A DNA stretch of 45,210 bases, from contig NC_068985.1 in the NCBI RefSeq assembly GCF_001194135.2, positions 37,239,955-37,285,164 of the forward strand, in the 5' to 3' direction. Under the pieces are notes generated by a model that ran no database searches, was not told the origin of the DNA, and saw only the letters and a program-made list of their open reading frames with translations. A program made the position numbers and the translations under genes. Positions 36,544-45,210 of the stretch are shown one piece after another (within the stretch, counting starts at the first letter, position 1; the number at the start of each line of letters is the position of its first letter). The DNA is from Octopus bimaculoides (Eukaryota).

Positions 36544-36825
36544 ACACACACACACTTCTTAATATCTTTGGTGTGAACAGTATCGAAGTAAGGAGATATA
36601 GATATCGAAACGCCGCGAGGGGAGATGACCAAGATAAGTACTTAAAATGACACTATCATTGTCATTTGATATAAAGGTTTAAAAAAATGGCCACCAACTA
36701 CGGCAACATTATTGAGGTGTCTGGAGGTGTTGATGTGTGTTGCAGCTTCAAACCAAGATGGTAAGAATCGTAGTTATACTGACAACGTTATTTATAGAAT
36801 CTACTGGTATGTGTATATATATATA

Positions 36826-37236
36826 GACATGGCTGTGTGGTTAAGAAGCTTGATTTGGAACTGCATGATGAATTCGGGTTCAGTCTCACAGCGCGGCACA
36901 CTGAGCAAGAGTCTTCTAATATAGCCGCCAGCCGATCAATTCCTTGTCAGTGAATTTGGTTAAGGAAAACTGTGTGGAAGCATACACATATGCACATATG
37001 TATTTACAAATGTTTGTATATGTGTATGCCTTTATGTTTGTCCCCTACAAACACTTGACAATCGATGTTGGTTTGTGTAAGTCTCCGTAACACAGTAGTT
37101 TGGCAACGGAACCGATAGAATATCAACCAGTCTTCGAAACAAAACAAAGCACGTACCAGCGGCAATATATCGGATTAAACCCTTTAAGGCAATGCCTCAG
37201 CATAGCTGCAATCCAATGACTGAAACAAATACAAGA
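36826..37236 (+). mobile_element. Diverged family-B SINE
   Basis: GGCTGTGTGGTTAAGAAGC...GGGTTCAGTCTCAC...CACTGAGCAAGAGTCTTCT...CAATGACTGAAACAA. Confidence 0.8.
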
Positions 37237-38361
37237 TTTTTATATATATCTATATCTATCTATCTATCTATATNNNNNNNNNNTGAAGCACCAAATTAGT
37301 GCAGTATTGTCCGTACAACTCAAAGTAAGGTGAATAAAATCAAAATAAGCAACAGGATATCAAAAGGTGATGCAGTATATTTTGAGCTGCATTAGTAGCA
37401 CCATGGACTGTTCCCTACTTCTCGCACTGTTAGAGAATTTAAGTAAAATTATATTAATGTGTCCAACTGATTAAAAAATTCTATTTATTTATGTAGCTGA
37501 GGATAGCCCTGCATTTAAACTGATGTAATGATTGCATTGTTCAATTAGATGGATCCGCTTGAAATGGTCGTACTACATTACTTCTTGACATCTTGTTGCT
37601 TATTTTGATTATGTATAGATATTAGGATCAATGTGTCTTTCAGAAAAAGTGGAAGTATGGTATTTTTTTCTATTAGAATATGGATTTTCGTTTGGGCAAT
37701 TTTATCTTGACGTGCCCCGGATCACATAAATATCATCTATAAACTAAGGCAATTCATTTAGGATACTGAAGCAAGATATTTAAAAATAAATACACTGAGT
37801 TTACTTGGAGAGGGTTCTTTTTGTCCGATTAAAGCTACCTTTTTAATACGCATAGCACACACTCACATACGCATTGGCAGAGACGCTCACGCACTCACTC
37901 TCACACAAATACTCACACACAACCTAACACTCACGCACACACGCTCTTACACGTACGTTGGATTTAGTGAGTTATCTTCACAATCTATTGTAAACTACCT
38001 TTTCCTAGGAAAACGCCGCTACTCATACCCAGACACAGTCACACACATATGTAATCGTGCACAAAAAAGACTTACGTCCGTATAATCTCACAGAATGTGA
38101 CCCTCTCTGTTTATATCCAAAACTATGTATATCCTTGTGTTATTCTGTAACAGTTGTATATAAGCAAAACAATATGTCATATGCTATTATCATGTAAAAT
38201 TGGAATAAATGTTGCTCTCTGAAAAATTTCTTTGCAACGAATGTTCTTTCCTGTAGTCGATCGTCAGACTTTTGATCCAGCACTTTAAACTTGAATGGAA
38301 CATCGATGCTCTTTATTTATTTGGAATAGCTGCCTATTTGCCTCAAATCACACTATATATA

Positions 38362-38465
38362 TCCCACTGCGAGAAACCTTGGGCAAGTGTCTTCTACTAT
38401 AGCCTCGGGCCGACCGAAGCCTTGTGAGTGGATTTGGTTGACGGAAACTGAAAGAAGCCCATCGT
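38362..38465 (+). mobile_element. Partial family-B SINE ending at its internal (TA)n and a gap
   Basis: CCTTGGGCAAGTGTCTTCTACTATAGCCTCGGGCCGACC...GAAAGAAGCCCATCG. Confidence 0.85.
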
Positions 38466-38946
38466 ATATATGTATATATATATATNNNNNNNNNNNNNNN
38501 NNNNNNNNNNNNNNNNNNNNNNNNNNNNNNNNNNNNNNNNNNNNNNNNNNNNNNNNNNNNNNNNNNNNNNNNNNNNNNNNNNNNNNNNNNNNNNNNNNNN
38601 NNNNNNNNNNNNNNNNNNNNNNNNNNNNNNNNNNNNNNNNNNNNNNNNNNNNNNNNNNNNNNNNNNNNNNNNNNNNNNNNNNNNNNNNNNNNNNNNNNNN
38701 NNNNNNNNNNNNNNNNNNNNNNNNNNNNNNNNNNNNNNNNNNNNNNNNNNNNNNNNNNNNNNNNNNNNNNNNNNNNNNNNNNNNNNNNNNNNNNNNNNNN
38801 NNNNNNNNNNNNNNNNNNNNNNNNNNNNNNNNNNNNNNNNNNNNNNNNNNNNNNNNNNNNNNNNNNNNNNNNNNNNNNNNNNNNNNNNNNNNNNNNNNNN
38901 NNNNNNNNNNNNNNNNNNNNNNNNNNNNNNNNNNNNNNNNNNNNNN

Positions 38947-38982
<36 letters not shown>

Positions 38983-38984
<2 letters not shown>

Positions 38985-39505
38985 TCAGGCATATTCCCCA
39001 TGTTTTTTAGGAGGGGGTAGCCACAACAAATCACACACCAGGCATTCCATTCATTTCCCAGCTCAAAGAGGCGTACCCCGTTCTATGCTTGGGTCAAGGC
39101 ATAGAACGCAACTCCTAATATCAGCTTCGGGGTCCGACAGAATATGTTGGTTTACCCCACCGTATCATGCTGGTTCTGTAGCCCTTTGAGCAACATAAAA
39201 ATTCACTCACCCTTCCACAAACACTCTCCAAGCGTTCCTATCATTTATAAACTCTCTTGCCTCTCTCACTCCAACACCTCTAACCACCAAAGCTTTCCTC
39301 ACTCCATCCATCCATCTACACAAACCTACCTCTGCCTCTGGTTATGCTGCTTATCACTTCTGCTTTCATCACTTACCATCCGCTCGTCATCCATCCTCTC
39401 CATGTGACCGAACCACCTTAACATTCGTCTATCCAGTTTGGTTGTTAGCTTTTTTTTCATTCCGGCTCATCTTTGCACCTCCTCATTCCTGAGGTCTAAT
39501 CTGGC
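38983..39505 (-). mobile_element. RTE (BovB-like) LINE 3' end: ORF C-terminus, 3' UTR and (TA)n end
   Basis: DLRNEEVQR*AGMKKKLTTKLDRRMLRWFGHMERMDDERM/VMKAEV....RGRGRFV*MDG/VRKAL..RG....EARE...DRNAWR; LRWFGH, RGR and DR..WR are RTE hallmarks. Confidence 0.88.
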
Positions 39506-40946
39506 CAGGAGAGGTAGCATCTGTAAAGGCCCCAGATATGGGTTAACTAGCAAACCCCCTGCGATTGGGGATGGGGGTGGGATTGGTAAAATGCAGTCGC
39601 CGTATTCTTTGCGTGGCGTAAGAGGTGACTAAAAGGGGCAGGAGCGTAGGGACTGGGAATTCTCTCCTCCTAGTAAATCCAAATTCCTAAAAAGGCGGCA
39701 AATCACACTATACCGCATTAAAACATCAATGACATGTGGTATAACGCAAAATTAGGTCGTTACAAAATCATTCATGACTGTAAAACTTTTAATCATATGT
39801 CTGCTCTATCACAATTTTAGCTTCAAGCTGGAAACAAAAATAGAAATGCAAATGAAGTCAAAAGCCATATATCTAGAAGCTTTGGTTTCAGGCCTGCATA
39901 ACTTTCGTCACCTATATAGTTTGTACACAGAAACTGCATCGCTGTTTCTGTGGAGCTCGTATTACTTTTCTGTAGAAATTTCATAGCTATATCAACTGTA
40001 TCAGAGATATATTTTCCATTGTTTCTTTCCTTATATTTTTGGCGCTGCGACTGAGGACGTAGAATCGAGAGACAGGCAGGCAGAGAGATAGAAAGAGAAA
40101 AGAGAGAGAGAGTATCGACAGAGAGAGACAAAGGAAATGAGAAAAAATATACGACAAAAAATAAAGCGAAAGACAAAATAAATTATTGCTAAGGTTGTGG
40201 ACCATATACACCGTATCATTTTTGGCTTTGATATTCGACGTCACATGTATAATTGTCTAAAGTAGTCAAGCTCTCAATGCTTTGGGACTTCCATTGATCA
40301 ATAATATTACTTTGCTATACCAAGTCAGACGGAATATGAACGAAAAAAATATATTAAAAAACTGAAAAAAGAAAATACCAACATTCTGTCGAAAGGGTGA
40401 ACGAAGATAATTTCTGCGGAAATTTCATATTTAAATCAACCTCATCAGAAATATATTTTTCTATTGTTTTGTTTTCTTTTGTTTTCGTTGCTGCTACCGA
40501 AAGCATAAACTCGAGAGACAGGCAGGAAGTGGACGAAAAAGAGAGAGAAATAGAGAAGGAGAGTATCGACAGGAGAGACAAAAAAAAAAAGAAAAATATA
40601 TGAGAGAAAATAAAGTGAAAGGCGAAATAAAATAGAATAAAAGGAGGCAAAAACAACAGCAATAAAAGAAATAATAAAATAGAGAAATAGATCAACCAAT
40701 ATGGATGTCGCGTATTTTATTTTCCCGATTTCATCTTTTCATAGTAATTTGTATTCTTCTCAAGGTGATAACTTATTAATGTAGAAGTCACCATTTACCA
40801 CAAATTCCCATCAAACTCCAAACTGTTAATGGGTTCTTGTTATTTCAGTTGCTTTGGGGATTGTTGGGTTTTCTGATATTTTCCTAGTCTTTTGGCTGTC
40901 GTTATCGCTATTGTTGTTAATGCCATAGTTTCGGAGAATTGGCATA

Positions 40947-42290
40947 CTCGTTAACACGCTGGGTAAAATGTTTAGCGGCATTTCGTCTGTCTTAGAATTT
41001 GGGTTCAAATTTCATGGAGGTTCTCTTTCGGTGTCGGTAATTTTTTTTTTTTTTTTTACCAGTTGGACACTGGGGTCGATGTAATCGAATAGCCCCATCC
41101 CTTGAAATTTCTGGCCTTCTGCCAAAATTTGAAACCATTATAAATTATTAGGCGGCGAGTTGGCAGAATGGCTAGCACGCTGGGCAAAAAACTTAGCGGC
41201 ATTTCGTCCGTCTTCATGTGATTTCAAATTCCGCCGAGGTCNNNNNNNNNNNNNNNNNNNNNNNNNNNNNNNNNNNNNNNNNNNNNNNNNNNNNNNNNNN
41301 NNNNNNNNNNNNNNNNNNNNNNNNNNNNNNNNNNNNNNNNNNNNNNNNNNNNNNNNNNNNNNNNNNNNNNNNNNNNNNNNNNNNNNNNNNNNNNNNNNNN
41401 NNNNNNNNNNNNNNNNNNNNNNNNNNNNNNNNNNNNNNNNNNNNNNNNNNNNNNNNNNNNNNNNNNNNNNNNNNNNNNNNNNNNNNNNNNNNNNNNNNNN
41501 NNNNNNNNNNNNNNNNNNNNNNNNNNNCTTTCGGGGTCAATAAATTAAGTACCAGTTACGCACTGGCGTCGATATAATTGACTTAATCCCTTTGTCTGTC
41601 CTTGTTTGTCCCCTCTATGTTTAGCCCCTTGTGGGCAATAAAGAAATAAGAAACGTTAGCGCGCCGGGTGAAATGCTTAGCGGTAATTCGTCTGTCTTTA
41701 CGTTCTGAATTCAAATTCCGCCGAGGTCGACTTTGCCTTTCATCCTTTCGGGGTCAATAAATTAAGTACCAGTTACGTACTGAGGTCAATCTAATCGAAT
41801 GGCCCGTCCCTCAAAATTTCAGGCCTTGTGCCTACAGTAGAAAAGAATATTCTAAGGCTGTGAGCTGGCAGAAACGTTAGCGCGCCGGGCGAAATGCTTA
41901 GCGGTATTTCGTCTGTCTTTCGTTCTGAGTTCAAATTCCGTGGAGGCCGATATTGTTTTCATTCTTTCGGGGTCGATAAATTAAGTACCAGTTACGTACT
42001 GAGGTCGATCTAATCGACTGGCCCCCTCCCCCAAAATTTCGGACCTTGTGCCTACAATAGAAAAGAATATTCTAAGGCGGCGAGCTTGCAGAAACGTTAG
42101 CGCGCCGGTCGAAATGCTTAGCGGTATTTCGTCTGTCTTTACGTTCTGAGTTCAAATTCCATCGAGCCTGACTTTGCCTTTTATCCTTTGGGGGGTCAAT
42201 AAATAAAATATCAGTTGTGTACTGGGGTCGATCTAATCGACTGCTCCCCCCTCCCCCAAAATTTCAGGCCTTGTGTCTAGAGTAGAAAAG
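40947..42290 (+). mobile_element. Head-to-tail array of family-A SINEs: old copy 40947-41140, dimer 41150-41848 (with gap), monomers 41856-42069 and 42076-42290
   Basis: Repeated head, core and tail; identical junction AGAAAAGAATATTCTAAGGC occurs twice. Confidence 0.93.
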
Positions 42291-42559
42291 ATTATTATCT
42301 AACTGATTTTAGTCTTCTGATAGCCGACGTAGATGTCGTTGTCGAAGTTATATCATTATTTGTGATAACTTAGAATTTTGTCCTAGCGTTGTGGCTGTTT
42401 AGTGTTATGCTTAACGTTGTTGGCATTGTTCTGGGATGTTCTTTCTATTTCCGTATCTTGCTGTTGTAGTTCATACAAGTGTTTTCATTTTTTGCCATTG
42501 CTAATGTTTGCTTTTATCATTTATGTTACTACATTTCTCCCTCTTCCCCCACCTCCTAC

Positions 42560-42699
42560 TAGTAGCATTAATAGTAATAATAGTAATAGTAGTAGTAGTG
42601 TTGTAACAATTTCATTGGTGGAAGAACTAGTAGTAGCAGTAGTAGTGGTGATGGTTGGTCATGGTAGTACTTGTAGTAGACCCACTGTAGAAATGGTGA

Positions 42700-42756
<57 letters not shown>

Positions 42757-42765
42757 TAGTAGTAC
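42560..42765. repeat. (TAG)n/(TGG) triplet microsatellite
   Basis: Direct reading. Confidence 0.93.
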
Positions 42766-43000
42766 GTGGAACTGAGTTGTGAAAGTAGTAACTGTTGTTG
42801 TTGCTTGTGTTTTTCATTTTCTGGTTATTTTATTGATTAATATATTTGTGGCAAAATTGTCTTCGTCATCATTGGATCCACTGTTCTTGTCTTTGTTGTG
42901 TTTATGATCGATTCTATTGAATGTCTACATACAGACATACATACACGCACACAAGCACACACACATGCACATACGCATGCACAATCACAAACACAACCGC

Positions 43001-43034
<34 letters not shown>

Positions 43035-43065
43035 NNNNNNNNNNTGTGTGTGTATAATGTGCGTG

Positions 43066-43102
<37 letters not shown>

Positions 43103-43191
43103 GGAATAGATTGCTTGTGTATAGATAGCTACTGTCCGCTTATAGAGAAATATGCAGCATTCCTGAAACAGCTGTGAGACTATCCGCTGGC

Positions 43192-43222
43192 TTCGTTCGT
43201 TCGTTCGTTCGTTCGTTCGTTC
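43192..43222. repeat. (TTCG)n tetranucleotide microsatellite
   Basis: Direct reading. Confidence 0.95.
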
Positions 43223-43535
43223 CTTCTTTATAATTTGTTCTCTTATAGCAACTCAATCCTTATATTTAAATATAAACATCATAATCTAACGTGATGCCAG
43301 TTGTTCGCCTGTTTATACTTTCATTGTGTTATACGCATAACACTTCGATTGACAAACCGCCGATAACCAATCATTATAAGGCAGTTTCACAATCCTTGTT
43401 TTTAGTTGTAGTTCAAGTTCGAAGTGTTAGACAGATAGTGATCCTGAATACTTATTGAATGTACTACTTACCGACGTCATCAGACGTAGTATTACCTGAA
43501 TTCTCTCTCTCTCTCGTTCTCTCTCTTTATATATA

Positions 43536-43744
43536 TTCTTTTATTCTTTTACTTGTTTCAGTCACTTGACTGCGGCCATACTGGAGCACTACCTTGAAGG
43601 GTTTTAGTCGAACAAATCGACCCCAGGACTTATTTCTTAGGCCTAATACTTATTCTATCGGTCTGTTTGGCCGAACTGCTACGTTACGAGGACGTAAACG
43701 CACCAACACCGGTTATTAAGCGGTGATGGGGACAAACACAGACA

Positions 43745-43790
<46 letters not shown>

Positions 43791-43965
43791 TATAAACACA
43801 TATATACAACGGGTTTCTTTCAGTTTCCGTGTACCAAATCCACTCACAAGGCTTTGGTCTGCACAAGGCTATAGTATAATACACTTGCTCAAGGTCCCAT
43901 ACAATGGGGCTGAACCCGGAACAATGTGGTGGGAAAGCTAGCTTTTTACCACACAGCTACGCCTG
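43536..43965 (-). mobile_element. Full-length family-B SINE with internal (CA)n
   Basis: Colinear reverse complement of 3504-3941. Confidence 0.88.
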
Positions 43966-44214
43966 ATATATATCCTTCTAAATTCGTTTATTAGAAACGT
44001 TTTTGAGTGCGCTCATAAACAGCTCGTATGCTGTTTTTCCTAACTACTCCTTATTATTCCCATCTTTCAGAATAATTTTATGGGATGGTTATTACTCTGG
44101 TGTCGCTATAGCATACAAGGAATATATTAAATAACAAGAACTTTTCGATGGAAATTCACAAATCCTTTAACATTGCAACGAACGATGTCACAATCCACAT
44201 GTTTTAGTTACCAC

Positions 44215-44367
44215 ATTTCCTATCCATGGGACATTACAAATATGATTTACAATATCCAAGGATTTTAAGGGTAGTATTAATACATGCGTTCGGTTCTTCA
44301 AGTGAAAAATTGTTTAAAATCCATGGATATTGCAAATCACGTTTCTAATATCCCATGGATGGAAAAT
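44215..44367. mobile_element. MITE-like foldback element (~53-bp inverted arms, ~45-bp spacer)
   Basis: 44215-44268 vs 44314-44367 are reverse-complementary with about 8 mismatches. Confidence 0.55.
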
Positions 44368-44725
44368 ACAACAACTAAAGCCGGTAGATTGTAGAAACGT
44401 ACGTAGCAATGGATTATAGAATTTATGAATTTCTATTTCAAAATTCTCCTCTTTAGAAACGAAACGCGGACCATTGTCATTTAAGATATCGCTAGAAAGT
44501 TCTTGTCGGCGCAATAGTCGAACGGTTCAGTATTTAATTTCGCATTTCTTATGTCCTGGATTCGAACCCTCTGCGTAACATGCCGGTCAAGTGCCGTTTT
44601 CTTTTTATCTTCGCCTCGGTTTATTCCTAATCTTGTGAGTGAAACTTGGTAGACATAAGTTGTTAAAAACAATAAAATGGAACGGATCATAATATATAAC
44701 TTTTACACTCTCCGAGAATTATATT

Positions 44726-45133
44726 CTTTTCTACTCTAGGCACAAGACCCGAAATTTTTGGGGAGAGGGTCAGCCGATTGGATCGATCACAGTACGCAAC
44801 TGGTACTTAATTCAAGGATGAAAAGCAAAGTCGACCTCAGCGGAATTTGAACTCAGAACGAAACACAGACAGACGAAACACTGCTAAGCATTTCGCCCGG
44901 CGTGCTAACGTTTTTTATTTCTTTATTGCCCACAAGGGGCTAAACATAGAGGGGACAAACAAGGACAGACAAAGGGATTAAGTCGATTACATCGACCCAG
45001 TACGTAACTGGTACTTAATTCATCGACCCCGAAAGGTTGAAAGGCAAAGTTGACCTCGGCGGAATTTGAACTCAGACGAAATTCCACTAAGCATTTCGGC
45101 CGGCGTGCTAATGTTTCTGCCAGCTCACCGCCT
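44726..45133 (-). mobile_element. Dimeric family-A SINE flanked by a perfect 15-bp target-site duplication
   Basis: TCCGAGAATTATATT at 44711-44725 and 45135-45149. Confidence 0.92.
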
Positions 45134-45210
45134 TTCCGAGAATTATATTAAGGGTACGTGTGTCTCTCTCTCCCCCTCTCTCTCTCTGTCTCTATCTATC
45201 TCTCTCTCTC

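Noticed and set aside
35411-36562. Longest ORFs (up to 383 aa), and similar ones at 4887-5480, 7357-7933, 19316-19970, 29903-30660, 38348-39189 and 41160-41577
   Set aside because: Their length comes from N-runs translated as X.
40405-40450. CTGATGA...GAAA hammerhead-like pattern on the minus strand
   Set aside because: Helices I and II do not form, and the paralogous copy near 39990 lacks the core box; likely chance in AT-rich DNA.
40947-42290. CRISPR-like regularly repeated units
   Set aside because: Units are ~215-bp SINE monomers without unique spacers, there are no cas genes, and the context is eukaryotic.
44440-44514. Gypsy integrase-like motif SDILNDNGPRFVSKE on the minus strand
   Set aside because: Only ~15 aa match; spacing to the apparent FHP motif is wrong and that motif falls inside the foldback arm.

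Overview
Repeat-dominated, AT-rich eukaryotic draft-genome DNA with 12 N-gaps, most abutting microsatellites. The SINE families and simple-repeat landscape look like an octopod cephalopod (probably Octopus); this is inference from pattern recognition, not a search result. I find no recognisable intact protein-coding gene, rRNA, genuine tRNA or CRISPR array. Nearly all long ORFs in the track are artefacts of microsatellites or N-runs. The window does contain: (1) many tRNA-derived SINEs of at least three families, including a fixed dimeric Nin/Deu-domain-like SINE with target-site duplications and a 1.35-kb head-to-tail SINE array; (2) decayed non-LTR retrotransposon fragments: three R4/Dong-like restriction-like-endonuclease (RLE) tails, one of them embedded in (CATA)n, a HERO-like RLE tail, a CR1-type RT and an RTE 3' end; (3) mariner and Tigger/pogo-like DNA-transposon ends; (4) Penelope-type minimal hammerhead-ribozyme remnants; (5) a complex inverted triplication, two hairpin elements and diverged local duplications; (6) a few small unique islands that could be exons of a long-intron gene. 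The best leads are the (CATA)n-embedded RLE element, the modular/dimeric SINE system and its possible link to that RLE 3' UTR.
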